From the NCBI GenBank assembly GCA_000091205.1, contig AP006502.2: a stretch of DNA of 64,000 nucleotides; one strand, given 5' to 3'. Within the stretch, counting starts at the first letter, position 1; every line of letters begins with the position of its first letter. The notes under the pieces were generated by a model. That model had not been told where the DNA came from and did not search any database. It was given only the letters and a program-made list of their open reading frames with translations. Both the position numbers and the translations under genes were made by a program. The stretch comes from Cyanidioschyzon merolae. Its lineage: Eukaryota. Shown here one piece after another: positions 1-10,968 of this stretch.

Positions 1-311
1 TGGTTCTTTGCAGCGTCGCCAATGAGTCGCTCCTTGTCCGTAAAGGCGACATACGACGGCGTAATCCTGTTCCCTTGCTCGTTTGCTATTATTTCGACTT
101 TGCCGTTTTTAAAAACACCGACACAGCTGTAGGTTGTGCCCAAGTCTATGCCGATTACAGGACCCTCGATTTTACCGCCACCGCTGCTGGCGTCTTTCGC
201 ACCGACCAACACTGCTCGACCGAACAGACAGCAGCACACGTGCACCAAAACCGCAACGAGTGCCCAGTTCCATATACTTACGCGCCTGTAACTGAACCTG
301 CGTGTTGCCAT
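1..311 (-). CDS. Hsp70-family chaperone, BiP/GRP78-like. Only the N-terminal 103 codons are in the window; the gene continues past the left edge.
   Basis: I translated the minus strand by hand from the ATG at 311-309. It gives [31 protein letters not shown]... (a hydrophobic signal-peptide-like N-terminus), then [51 protein letters not shown]. That is the canonical Hsp70 ATPase N-terminus, and RITPS rather than RTTPS is the BiP-type variant. It is absent from the ORF track because it is truncated by the window edge. Confidence 0.85.
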   Translation of the reverse strand, partial: MATRRFSYRRVSIWNWALVAVLVHVCCCLFGRAVLVGAKDASSGGGKIEGPVIGIDLGTTYSCVGVFKNGKVEIIANEQGNRITPSYVAFTDKERLIGDAAKN

Positions 312-484
312 GTCCACCTGGCCTAGTTCCTTTACCCGTCGAGGGACGACGTCGCACACGACGACAACAACCCCAAACGCAGTAGTTGTGTTAGCAGCAC
401 CGCCGTTTCGAGCGATGCTGTCCAGCGGCTGCAGCGATGCCGATTCGGATTGCTTCCTCAAGCGGCGATGGTGCATGCGTGCGA

Positions 485-513
<29 letters not shown>
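485..513. repeat. (GCGT)7 tetranucleotide microsatellite
   Basis: The run gcgtgcgtgcgtgcgtgcgtgcgtgcgcg is visible about 175 bp upstream of the BiP start codon. Confidence 0.9.
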
Positions 514-516
<3 letters not shown>

Positions 517-1961
517 GCCTCTTGCGCATGTTGATTGAACACACACGCAGCGGCATCGCAGCGATGATGCGCCATGCGCCTTCAGCAGCAGGCGATTTCG
601 GATGCACGGCAGGCGCATCGTCTGGGCACTGCAGGCGTGGAGCGCGCGCGCACACACGCATACACACCAAATTTGGCATGCAGATTGGCGGCACGCATCG
701 CTTTGGCCTACGCGTGCCATGCGTTCCAGCGATTGCAGGCAGCGGTGCGACGCTGCGATCAGCGCTGGACACGTATGCAGGCCGATAGGTAGATAAGTTA
801 GTTGGTACGAATGTACCATATAGTCCTTTCATCGGCAGCAGAGCAACACGCAGGATGCGATGATGCACGGCAGTGCCGCCGGGGCACGCACATTGCACCA
901 TCGGGCGGTGGCATTGCACAGCCTGCTCGTAGATTGCGGGGAGGCGCATGCTCGAACATTTCTGAGGGCGTCTACGCTTCAGCGGGGGTCTGGCGGAAAG
1001 CCGTTCAGAGTATCGCTCGTCGCTCGGGCGCTTTATGCTCATTCGCTCGGAAGTACTGCTTTCCCGTACGCTTCTCCTTGATATGTTGTCGGGTGCCCGG
1101 ACGAGTCGATAGACCCCTTGACGCTGCACCGTCTGAGAGGTTGTTGGGCGTGCAGGGCGCCCAGCGCATGCCTCTATAATGAGGACACGTAACAAACGGT
1201 TGATATACAGGTACTGTGTCCGGTATCTTCGCGCAGCGTTCGATATTCGGGACAAAGCGTTGAGCGAGAGCGGCGGTGAGTATCCCGGTGCCATCCAGCA
1301 GTGCTCACACAGCGCATCCGTGTGGCTCGCATACCGGCCAACTGCATCCTCGCCGCAGAGACTCTCACAGCACCAGGTTTCAACAGAAATTTTAGAACGA
1401 TTCTAACGTTCTATGCAATTTCGTTACGTTAGCGGAGGGTTTGTATGCTTGAAGCGGCCGCATGTGATGATGCATAGTTTCATTGCTTGATTATCATTTC
1501 TGCACACAGAGGCTCTGTAGAACGTGCCCAGTGACCGCTAACACGTAGGACGGGGCGACCAGCGCGCTTCATCATGGGTGTTGGTGCAGCTCGGGCATTT
1601 TCGTAAAATCTATGATCGATGGGTCTAAGCAGGGATCCCCTTCGATGCACAATTGGTATCGGTACCCAGGGAAGCGGCCACGACTCAATTCCGGATCCTG
1701 CCAGTTCCACTTTTAACTCCCAGACTTGTTTCCGGACGTATCATGACAAGTCCGTGCGATCCTCCGGGTGTCGCGCACAGCATGCACCCCTGTCTCGGGG
1801 CCTGTAGCACCGCAGCGGGCGTCGCACCCAGCCAGAACGGCTTTTTCGTGGCCATGCGGCGGGAGACGGCTCGTGGGCGGCTCAAGCGCGGATTCCGTGT
1901 TGCAAGTTGGAACTGCGATTCCACCGATACTCCAGTAGCGCCAGAAACGTCCCTGCCCTGA

Positions 1962-3971
1962 CTATGGCTCTTCAGCGGGCGTCTCGCTTGGAACATAGGA
2001 CTGCAGCAGCGAATCGAGTGGCAGCTGCTGCGCGATGATCGCGAATGCGCGCCGAAACTCGTGCCGAAGCAGCCGCACCGAATCCTCGCTGCAGACCCGC
2101 CCCAGGTCATGGGTCATGTCAAAAGGATCCTCGATACAAAAAAAGTGGCGTTGCGTTGCGTGCGTTGCGCGTTCGCGTTGTCGTCGCTGGCGCTGCAGCC
2201 GCAATCGCTCTCGCTGGGCTTGCGACGTGACTGCCGCTCGCGGTCGTGGCGCTGTCAGCTCCTGCAGAGGTGCGTTCGCATGATCACCGGATGGGTCCAC
2301 TGAGGCAGACTGCAGATCTACAGCACGTTCAACCGTCTGATGATTGAGCGGTTGCTCGGGTGAGGTACGTTCCTCATCAGCGCCCGAATGGCTTGAGTCA
2401 GTGCCACTCTCTGTAGCGGACATGCTAGCGACCCGTCGTTGGCGCCTCTCGCTGCCATTGCAGGTGCCGACCTCAGCGTCATCGACGGTAAGCTCTTCGG
2501 CCACGTCCTCATGGTCCGTTTCGTCGTCGCTAGCGTGTGTGTACGGATCACCGATGCCGTCGACAACATCATCTGCTTTGTTCTGATCGGTTTGGACGCG
2601 ATCGGATTGATCCCATCCTCTTCTCTTCTTGCTAATGAGGCGCCCGCAGCGAACACTCACCACCATCTCATCGTAATTGAACTGGTATCCGTAGAAGTAA
2701 AAGAATCCAGCAAGGAGAAGCGTGACAGACATTTCGTTGCAAACTGGCATCTGAATATCCGTACGATCCAAAAAATAGTCATCTACGAGGGTTTCGTCGG
2801 GAACCTCGGGCTCCTGAGGGTGTTCCACTAGTTTTTCTATGTGCTGGACACTGCCGCCATTCGAAACTGGTATTCGTTCAAGACGCAACGCCTGCAGACA
2901 CGGTAACACAGGCGGGTTCACAATCTGCAAATACTGAATAAGAAGCATGAGGTACGCGTAGCTGCTTAGGGTCCCTGCGAAAGGCTCATTCAGATCCCGC
3001 GCCACTGCCCAGCGTTTGATGAAGATCGCGAGTGGTCGAACGCGCGGATCCAGACGCACGTATGCGCGCAGCAAGGCCGTGTTTCGGACCACAAAGTCAT
3101 TGTTCACTTGCACATCGACTTCAATGTCGCTGCGTAAATCATGAAACTTAACAAGGGGCACCCTAGTTTGCGTGATGATCTGGACATTGACAAACTCGTG
3201 ACGTCGACGCCGAAGGAGGCGTCCCAGGTCACCTACGACGTCCCGACGAAAGTCATCGATAGAGTATTCCTCGTCTTGGTATTGGGCGCGCAATACTTCC
3301 AGAGGAGCCATCGGCGCCACAAAGTTGACGTCGAGATCTCCGCCTTTGAGCAGCACGCCCGTCGCGGTGCTGCCGTACACGTCAACCCGGCATCCGCGAA
3401 ACCGAGAGGAAGCCACATTCCGCAAATGCCGAGCCAACCGCGATCTTCGTTCGTATTCGGCTACCCAGTCGGGATAAGACGACTCTGCGACGAGCTCGTG
3501 GAAGCGTCGCACTTGTCTTTTTAAGTGTTCCGCCGAAACGTTCCACGAGTCCGTGAACGTCAGCGCGGAGCGAAGTGCCGCCCCCCGAGCCAGCACTTCG
3601 ACACGTTTTCTTCGCAACCTTTCCAGCGTCGCTCTCTCTGGGGTGGGTCGCTGCAGAGCTCCTGTCTTCCTGGAACTCTTTCCCTGCAGCAGCATTCCGC
3701 GCTCTTTTCGTTCGTAGTAGCGTCGCGAAGAGCTCTCGCGCACCTGCACCCGCGCCAACTGCTCCGTCACAGCGCTCACCTGCTCCGTATCATAGGGTTC
3801 TGAGGTATTAGAGGCCCCGTCAGATCTCAAACCGGATAGTTTGGGAGCATGTACGTCCGCTTGGCTCCTGTTGGCACGCTCATCGCCGTGCCTGGCGTTG
3901 CCGTTCGGAAACGCGCCGCTTCCACCGCTGTCGTGACGCGGACCCCGCGACTCCGTTTCCATGAATGGCAA
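1962..3971 (-). CDS. Non-canonical poly(A)/poly(U) polymerase of the Cid1/Gld2/TUTase family (nucleotidyltransferase domain plus PAP/25A-associated domain)
   Basis: 669-aa ORF. It carries the Pol-beta nucleotidyltransferase signature VYGSTATGVLLKGGDLDVNF (GS motif plus DxD). Downstream, the PAP-associated region includes SSYAYLMLLIQYLQ and LLAGFFYFYGYQFNYDEMVVSVR. The N- and C-terminal extensions are long and low-complexity. Confidence 0.8.
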   Translation of the reverse strand: MPFMETESRGPRHDSGGSGAFPNGNARHGDERANRSQADVHAPKLSGLRSDGASNTSEPYDTEQVSAVTEQLARVQVRESSSRRYYERKERGMLLQGKSSRKTGALQRPTPERATLERLRRKRVEVLARGAALRSALTFTDSWNVSAEHLKRQVRRFHELVAESSYPDWVAEYERRSRLARHLRNVASSRFRGCRVDVYGSTATGVLLKGGDLDVNFVAPMAPLEVLRAQYQDEEYSIDDFRRDVVGDLGRLLRRRRHEFVNVQIITQTRVPLVKFHDLRSDIEVDVQVNNDFVVRNTALLRAYVRLDPRVRPLAIFIKRWAVARDLNEPFAGTLSSYAYLMLLIQYLQIVNPPVLPCLQALRLERIPVSNGGSVQHIEKLVEHPQEPEVPDETLVDDYFLDRTDIQMPVCNEMSVTLLLAGFFYFYGYQFNYDEMVVSVRCGRLISKKRRGWDQSDRVQTDQNKADDVVDGIGDPYTHASDDETDHEDVAEELTVDDAEVGTCNGSERRQRRVASMSATESGTDSSHSGADEERTSPEQPLNHQTVERAVDLQSASVDPSGDHANAPLQELTAPRPRAAVTSQAQRERLRLQRQRRQRERATHATQRHFFCIEDPFDMTHDLGRVCSEDSVRLLRHEFRRAFAIIAQQLPLDSLLQSYVPSETPAEEP

Positions 3972-4276
3972 TTAAGCCCCTGGAAGAGAAACTGATCAGC
4001 CGCTGTAAGCAATCAGCGCTGATTTGGACACCAAAATGCTCTACGCTAGTGGAGTAGGTGTTCAGCTTCCGTGGAAACCTGTAGCTGTTGCTGGTATGCG
4101 CTGCTGTCGACCAGCACGCATTATCGTTCGCTGCGTGCATGCAACAAATCAGCGCGCCGCTACGGCCGGCCTTCTTGCCGCGATCGCCGCTCGAGAGCGT
4201 AGCAGCCGACGTGGCAATCGATCTGCATCCGGGGATGCTGCGTGTCTGCGCGTGCACGCTAGCGCGATTGTGCCCT

Positions 4277-4540
4277 GCGCAGCGGTGCGATAGGCAGGTG
4301 GCATCCTTCCGATCTCTTTCGATCGACAGAACGTTTCCATGGACCAGAGGTGTGTGGACGTCGCTTCGCTGCGCAGCGGTGCGATAGGCAGGTGGCATCC
4401 TTCCGATCTCGTTCGATCGACAGAACGTGTCCATGGACCAGAGGTGTGTGGACGTCGCTTCGCTGCGCAGCGGTGCGATAGGCAGGTGGCATCCTTCCGA
4501 TCTCTTTCGATCGACAGAACGTTTCCATGGACCAGAGGTC
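4277..4540. repeat. 94-bp tandem repeat, about 2.8 copies
   Basis: The unit gcgcagcggtgcgataggcaggtggcatccttccgatctctttcgatcgacagaacgtttccatggaccagaggtgtgtggacgtcgcttcgct starts at 4277, 4371 and 4465, with 2-3 substitutions per copy. The third copy is truncated near 4540. Overlapping ORFs (3880..4434-, 4149..4682-, 4259..4546-) are just translations of this repeat. Confidence 0.9.
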
Positions 4541-6665
4541 TGGCATTGCGCGCGTTGTTATCAGCGATCGGGAAGCGTCCTTCGTTCCATAGATATCCCA
4601 CTTCCCATATGTCGAGTTCCCGTCGGAGATCGTGGTCGTTTCGTAGATAGTATCGAACGCCGAGCCTGCTGTGAGCGTTCACCTTGGTGCCTCCAGTGCC
4701 GGAGAGAACGCAACACGGAAAACGATCCGCTTTTTGAAGTCACTGGGAGCGTTGGCTCGAGGTATGCGCTCCATGATGCGATGCCTTGAGCAGGCGAGCG
4801 TTCTTCAAGGCATCCCGAAGCTGTCCGCCATTTCCGCAGGGACGTCTGGCTCGTGATTCGTGGTCCACGCCGGGTTCCGAGCGGGATGATGGCAGCTTCT
4901 CTGGATGCCGATAACCTGCACGTACTCTCGGAGATTCTGGCTTAGTTGTATCGATTCCAAAGCATAAAACGCAACTACAAAGCTGCTCTCCCTTCGTACG
5001 ACGGCCGCGGTAACCGCGCATTCGGTGTTGCGGCACGCGTCCACGGCAGGTTCCAGAACTCGGAGAGCCGCTGGACCCATCCGGGACTCTGTCTATCTCT
5101 CCCGGGAATACTGGTCTATGATCCATAGACCGCAGTCATTATCGGGAAGGAACGGCGGCCTGTTCGCTGTTTCGCGAGCGCGTTTCTGCATCCAGAGGAC
5201 TCCCGTTCCAAGAATCGATCTTGAACAAAAAATTCCACAGTGGAGATCAGGTCCTTGGTCGGCGACATGCACGAAGGCTACAGTCTGCGGCAGGTACTGC
5301 TTCCATGGCAATAACCGATGATTCTGGACACAGTGTCTACGAATCTGGAGGCACCGCCTCGAACCAGGTCCTCAGCCTACATGCCGCGGTACAGGGTTTT
5401 TCGGGAAACGTTCGAGCCTTGCGTGCCTGGCTGTACACAGCACATAGCAATGCTTCAGCGTCTGGAATGTGCTCAAGTGGTTGCTGTATTTCCTTGCCTT
5501 GGTCGTACCGGGGAGCGTGCGCCGACGCTTCTATTGCGAAACTGCTGGGAAGTTTTCTTTTCCCGCATTTATTCGACGGATGACGGAATTTGGCACGGCT
5601 GTCGTTAACTACACGATTCGACAGCGATTCGAAAGCTATGCAAACTGTGTCTAAGCGCTAATTTCAAGCAACTGCACCATCGTCATGTGTGAATAGCCAA
5701 CCTGGTCGATGACACGGGCCAACACCTTGATTCGGCGCATGTTTGAAACCCCACGCTAACACTCAAGACGTGAGCGCTTCAGAGCGGTGTCCTCTGGGCC
5801 AAAACACGGATCCGCGAGTTGTGGCGGTCGTCCAGGCGCCGCTACCTGCGCCTGAACCTTCAGCGCTGCGCCCGCAACACAAAGCCGCATGTGGATGTGC
5901 ACCTGACGTGGAACTCCGAAACTTTCTCTTCGTTCTTTTTTGTCCAAGTGACGCGGGTCCCTAATAAGCTACCTATACGAACCGCTTGGCTGTCGTGAAC
6001 CGCCTTGCCAAACGTTTGTGAAGCTCCATGCGCCCTCACAAGCGTGCTCGAATGCTCCGGCGCTGCACCATTGTTGAGTGTATAGATCGTGGCCGTTGTA
6101 AAAAGCTTTCACCGACCCAGCGAGCGGCCCAGTATACTTTGCGTCACACTGGCACGCCATTCTCCGGCATGCCGTAACGAACCCCCGAGCAACAAGGACG
6201 CTCAGCACAAACCGTCCCGACAAGCGCCTCGTAAAGAGCGATGTGCAGTTGTGCAGGCTCTGGGGATCCTGGCGTCTACGACAACGACAACGACGACGCC
6301 AGCGGGCGACCTCGATACGCTCAGCCTTGGAAAAGTCCGCGTTTGACATAACGAATATTTACCGTCGACATCATGATCCAGCCGTTGTTGCCGTGTCCAC
6401 CAGGTGTTGCTTCCGAAGCAACCGAGATATCGTATCGCCCGCGGGGTTCGCAACGCGTTCACTTGACGTAGGTTCCGGGTGCCGCGTCTCCGAGTGCGAG
6501 GCAGGTACCGCGCTTCCTGCCTCCGCTAAGACGTGTCGACGTCCAGCGCTCGTCTTCAACAGCTCGCAATCAAGACTCTATCTTGTTTCATGCGCTTTTC
6601 GATCAACTTTGGTATAAAATTTGACCCCTATACGCAGATCACAAGCTTTCACCGTACACCACAAG

Positions 6666-8741
6666 TTAATAAACCCGTTGCGCCGGTGGAAAAGGCGTCT
6701 GCTCGCTCTCGTCGAGGCTCCAGTCGTGGACGGGTCGATAGCCTATCCGCACTGGTGACGCGTTCGCAGGCAGCGCGTCCTGTGCATGTACCCATGCCAG
6801 TGTATGCTTCATCCAGTGCTCATCGTCTCTCTTGGGAAAGTCGTCGCGCGCGTGCGCACCTCGTGACTCCTTGCGTTGCTCTGCGCTGTGCATCGTGGCT
6901 ACGGCATTCTGGAGCAGATTCTGCAGTTCTAATGTTTCGATCAGATCCGTATTCCAGATTAGGGATCGATCGGCAATACGCACCTCATTCAAGTCCGAGT
7001 AGCACTCGTCGATCAGCTTGCATCCTTCTTCCAGTGTGTCTTTCGCCCGGAAGACAGCTGCATGGTTCTGCATGATTTTCTGCATTCTCAGACGCAAGTC
7101 CGCGGTCTTGATGCTCCCGTTCGCGTGGAGAAAGCGATCCAAGTTCGCGATAGCGTCTTCACCGGCATTCGCCGGCAGCGGCTTGTGAGGCATTCCCGGG
7201 CGAACTTGCTCCGCCACAGCATGCGCACAAGCACGTCCAAATACAACAATATCCAGCAGGGAATTTGCGCCAAGGCGATTGGCGCCATGGACAGAAGCGC
7301 AGGCGGCTTCTCCAGCTGCGAGAAGACCCGGCACGACTGCGTCCGGATCCGATGCTGTGGGGCGCAGGACTTCACCTCGCCAGTTGGTCGGGATGCCGCC
7401 CATATTGTAGTGAACCGTCGGAAGGACGGGAATCGGCTCTTTGGTGACGTCGACACCAGCAAAGATGCGTGCGGTCTCCATAATACCAGGAAGACGTTCC
7501 TTCAAAATCTCTGGGGGAATATGATTCAGAAACAGTTGAATATGATCCTTCTGGGGTCCACATCCGCGACCCTCCATGATCTCGAGGGTCATCGCACGCG
7601 AGACGACATCACGACTTGCCAAGTCTTTCGCGCTAGGTGCATAGCGTTCCATGAAACGTTCACCAACGCCATTTCGCAGGATACCGCCTTCACCGCGGCA
7701 GCCTTCCGTTATGAGGCAACCTGCGCCGTAGATTCCTGTCGGGTGGAACTGTACAAACTCCATGTCTTGCAGTGGTATACCAGCACGGACAGCCATGGCG
7801 TTACCATCGCCTGTGCAAGTGTGCGCTGAAGTTGCCGAGAAGTACGCTCTTCCGTAGCCACCAGTGCAGATAATCACCGCATGGGACCGGAAACGGTGAA
7901 TCGTACCGTCCTCTAGACAGAGCGCCATCAGACCGCGGCAGACTCCTTCCTCGTCCATGATCAGATCTAGACCGAAGTACTCCACGAAGAAATCCGCATT
8001 GTGTTTCAGCGCTTGCCCGTAGAGTGTGTGCAAGAGCGCGTGCCCCGTGCGGTCCGCGGCAGCAGCGCAGCGATATGCTTGTCCACCTTTCCCGAACTTC
8101 AAACTTTGGCCACCAAACGCCCGCTGGTAGATACGGCCATCTTCCGTACGCGAAAAAGGCACGCCGTAGTGCTCTAACTCGATGACAACCTTCGGCGCTT
8201 CTCGACACATATAGTGAATCGCGTCCTGATCTCCGAGCCAATCGCTACCTTTCACCGTATCGTACATGTGCCAGCGCCAGTCATCCTCGGTCATGTTCCC
8301 AAGCGCAGCGTTGATACCCCCTTGTGCGGCAACGGTGTGGGAGCGCGTTGGAAACAGTTTCGTGACACAGGCGGTTTTCAAACCGGCCTCAGCACAGCCA
8401 ATAACTGCTCGGAGGCCTGCACCGCCAGCGCCCAGCACAACAGCGTCGTACTCGTGTTCCACCACAGCGTAGGATGGTGTCGCTTGGGTAGCAACGCGTC
8501 GCTTCGCTCGCGCCGGTGACTCGGTGTCTACCGCAGGACGAGCACTTCGCACGAGCTGACCAAGTGCGCGCCTTTGTTGGCCGCACACGAGCGCTATAAT
8601 GCGTTGTTTGGAACGCGCCAGCAGTCGCTCTTCACGCGGAAACGCACCGATGCTGGTGACGTGTCGAGGCAAACGCCTCGCAGCTTCTTTGGTGAAACTG
8701 CGCCTCGACAAGAAAACGCGCAAAGAATGCACGAGTGTCAT
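6666..8741 (-). CDS. SDHA: Succinate dehydrogenase [ubiquinone] flavoprotein subunit, mitochondrial (complex II Fp subunit)
   Basis: 691-aa ORF. FAD-binding Rossmann motif [16 protein letters not shown], then [49 protein letters not shown], the [12 protein letters not shown] motifs, and the C-terminal ...PPAQRVY. It is collinear with SDHA/SdhA throughout. The roughly 95-aa Arg/Ser-rich N-terminal extension is consistent with a mitochondrial presequence. Confidence 0.95.
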   Translation of the reverse strand: MTLVHSLRVFLSRRSFTKEAARRLPRHVTSIGAFPREERLLARSKQRIIALVCGQQRRALGQLVRSARPAVDTESPARAKRRVATQATPSYAVVEHEYDAVVLGAGGAGLRAVIGCAEAGLKTACVTKLFPTRSHTVAAQGGINAALGNMTEDDWRWHMYDTVKGSDWLGDQDAIHYMCREAPKVVIELEHYGVPFSRTEDGRIYQRAFGGQSLKFGKGGQAYRCAAAADRTGHALLHTLYGQALKHNADFFVEYFGLDLIMDEEGVCRGLMALCLEDGTIHRFRSHAVIICTGGYGRAYFSATSAHTCTGDGNAMAVRAGIPLQDMEFVQFHPTGIYGAGCLITEGCRGEGGILRNGVGERFMERYAPSAKDLASRDVVSRAMTLEIMEGRGCGPQKDHIQLFLNHIPPEILKERLPGIMETARIFAGVDVTKEPIPVLPTVHYNMGGIPTNWRGEVLRPTASDPDAVVPGLLAAGEAACASVHGANRLGANSLLDIVVFGRACAHAVAEQVRPGMPHKPLPANAGEDAIANLDRFLHANGSIKTADLRLRMQKIMQNHAAVFRAKDTLEEGCKLIDECYSDLNEVRIADRSLIWNTDLIETLELQNLLQNAVATMHSAEQRKESRGAHARDDFPKRDDEHWMKHTLAWVHAQDALPANASPVRIGYRPVHDWSLDESEQTPFPPAQRVY

Positions 8742-10096
8742 CTGACCAGAGACACAACGCTGCTGAACAAATCGTCACCTTTGTACTAGACGAGAGGAGA
8801 CGACCGGGTCGTCGAGATACGCACCCTTGACGCCCCGTGAAGCAACCAACACTGGCGCCTGGCGAGTGAACTCGAACGGCTTACGATGTGGACCGTTTTG
8901 TGATAATTGTATCTAAATTGTCGAGTTTTTCGACTCAAGACATCTGCCCGCACGCTGTAAGGCGCTCATCATGACTGGATTTTCGTTCATGACGTCTAAC
9001 CAGGTTCCAGTAGATCTGTCAGGCCTCAAGCAACCAGAGGATTCTGTCGGGAAACGGAATCTTTACATCGGGACGTCCTGCCCGTTCGAGTCGAACAGCA
9101 ACCGCTAAAGCAATGAATCATTGTACACGTTGCCTTATCGATGCTTGTCCTGGTCGGTTTCTGGCCGAACTGCGATGTATCTGGGAAGCGACATCGCCCT
9201 TGAGTGGCTCACGCGTTCTTCGGATACTGCTCAACCATCTCGAGTAGGGCGGCGTGGTGGCGAGCGTGCACCAGCTTGCGACCTGGACGAAAAACAGAAC
9301 GAGGTATCGAGTCATTTTGGGGATTCCGAACCCAAACGCGCTGGGTCTGTTTATGTCCGGATCGACTGGCCGTGCAGCGCTACCAGACGGCGACTTCACC
9401 CACATATTAAAGTTCCCGGTAATGCGTCTAAGAGCTCTTGTTTTCGCGCACATCCTGAAGCACCTGTTTCCGTTCAAAGCCAACCTCTGCTTCGTCTTAC
9501 CGAGAATCTGTGGGTTTCTGTGGGATTCCTGGTCGCTGAATCTCGAGGTCGACAACATGCAGGCACATCGTGAACGAGTCGTGTCAGACTGGTTTTGATT
9601 CACGCTGCAGCTCGCTTGCAGCTTCCTACGCGATACGCTACCCTGCCTAGGGACTGCAACCGCGCATCGAGCGCAAGCTGGCTAGAGGCATCGATCTTAG
9701 GCCATAAAAAGATCGTTTAGCAATACGCTCGCTTGCTCGGTAGGCGATTCACATTCGGCTGGAGCAACTCATGATCCCCTGCTTCAGACAATGAGGCTGG
9801 TGGCAAACGGGTTCATGAAAGGATCCGTGTGCGTGTTCAGGTCCGAGCGTTCCGGGGCAGTTCAACGCTGCCTATTGCTAGCATGCTCCACTGAGATCGG
9901 GTCATGTTCCTCGGATCAGTTCCAACGAAACAGGTAGTCTCGGCTTCCGAATGTACCAACCCGGTAACCACGTCGTTGAACCAATGCCATGGCAACCAAA
10001 CCTCAGCGAAAAGGCTACAACGTCTGGTTCATGGGCTCGCCATTCCGTCGCGACGAGCAGCGGCAGCGTCACGTAAACCTAACAAGGCTCGCACGT

Positions 10097-10507
10097 TCAC
10101 TCAACGAGCGCTGCCAAGTCACGAAGAAGTTGACCCAGCACGTCATCGTCCAACTTTCCCTTCAAACTCGGAATAATGGCCTTCGCTTCTGCAGGTGTCT
10201 CCGGCAGCAGGTTTGCGAGCTGCGCACGCTCGAACGGGTGCAGTTCGGGATGGCGTTCGAGTCGCACCCGCACAACTTTCGCAACCTCTGCAGACCGGAA
10301 CTGGTTAAAACGCTCGACATAGGCTTCCGACTTGACGAAGATGGGACCTAACGAGCTCTGCAGTTCGGCTGGTAGCTCTGCGCGCTTCTGCCGTAGCAGT
10401 TCCGCAACTTCGCAGATCAATAACGGTTGACAGTGTTCATTGTCGCCAAATAGCTCCCCAAACTTGAGGTTTTCAGCGTTCTCTTCTTGATCCACGCCCA
10501 GGTCCAT
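10097..10507 (-). CDS. RPB4: DNA-directed RNA polymerase II subunit Rpb4
   Basis: The ORF 10097..10579 contains ...FGELFGDNEHCQPLLICEVAELL...VRVRLERHPELHPFERAQLANLLPETPAEAKAIIPSLKGKLDDDVLGQLL. This matches the Rpb4 C-terminal helical-bundle signature ([29 protein letters not shown] in human). I set the start at the internal Met (MDLGVDQEEN...), which gives 136 aa, the size of Rpb4. The 24 codons upstream in frame (MLSAGFSPALSAEAVPGTTCWVPS) could be a 5' extension or the tail of an intron. Confidence 0.75.
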   Translation of the reverse strand: MDLGVDQEENAENLKFGELFGDNEHCQPLLICEVAELLRQKRAELPAELQSSLGPIFVKSEAYVERFNQFRSAEVAKVVRVRLERHPELHPFERAQLANLLPETPAEAKAIIPSLKGKLDDDVLGQLLRDLAALVE

Positions 10508-10704
10508 AGACGGAACCCAGCAGGTCGTGCCCGGTACAGCCTCAGCAGATAGCGCTGGAGAAAACCCAGCAGACAGCACTCGTTTTCGTCGACGCCACGG
10601 TGCAGGTAGCTGACACGGCCCGGCACAGCGCCGCAGCCGCCAGGACGCGAGGCTGGGCTTGCGGTTGACGCGGCTTCTGCGACAGCGACGCCAGGCGTTT
10701 GTGT

Positions 10705-10729
10705 TGCTGCTGCTGCTGCTGCTGCTGCT
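10705..10729. repeat. (TGC)8 trinucleotide microsatellite in the divergent RPB4/dihydroorotase intergenic region
   Basis: The run ttgctgctgctgctgctgctgctgctc is visible. It produces a spurious poly-Q ORF (10542..10769-). Confidence 0.9.
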
Positions 10730-10968
10730 CGGCGGTACAGTGCAGACTTGGCGGCAGTTTAGGGACCAAGGACGGCGACCAGAGCCTATTTTGTGTCGTG
10801 TAGACGAGGCGATGCGTTCCTCGCTGTTCTGAAGTAGGGGGAACCTTCAGTCGGCTTTGCGGGTACCTTCACGCCCCAGCGTCAACATCGCTGCATAGCC
10901 TACAGGTAAACAGGGAGTGCAGTGAGTCTGCAAACCGACTGACAGAACGCTTGTCTCGCTTGTAGCTC

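Noticed and set aside
458-1294. 278-aa minus-strand ORF upstream of the BiP start
   Set aside because: Extremely Arg/Ala/Cys-rich low-complexity translation with no motif. It lies in what is most likely the BiP promoter/5' region, and several equally long ORFs overlap it in other frames.
3880-4682. Overlapping ORFs 3880..4434-, 4149..4682-, 4259..4546- and 4339..4650+, which share repeated peptide blocks (e.g. RPLVHGNVLSIERDRKDATCLSHRCAA)
   Set aside because: They are translations of the 94-bp tandem repeat in different frames or strands. Repetition at the DNA level explains the repeated peptides, not a paralogous gene family.
7062-7829. 255-aa ORF on the plus strand, plus several other ORFs of 60-180 aa (6533..7075+, 7088..7462-, 7801..8241-, 8214..8519+) overlapping SDHA
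   Set aside because: All lie within or antisense to the strongly supported SDHA reading frame. The GC-rich sequence yields long stop-free frames by chance, and none shows a recognisable domain.
10542-10769. 75-aa poly-glutamine ORF (HCTAEQQQQQQQQHKR...)
   Set aside because: Entirely a by-product of the (TGC)8 microsatellite in the RPB4/dihydroorotase intergenic region.
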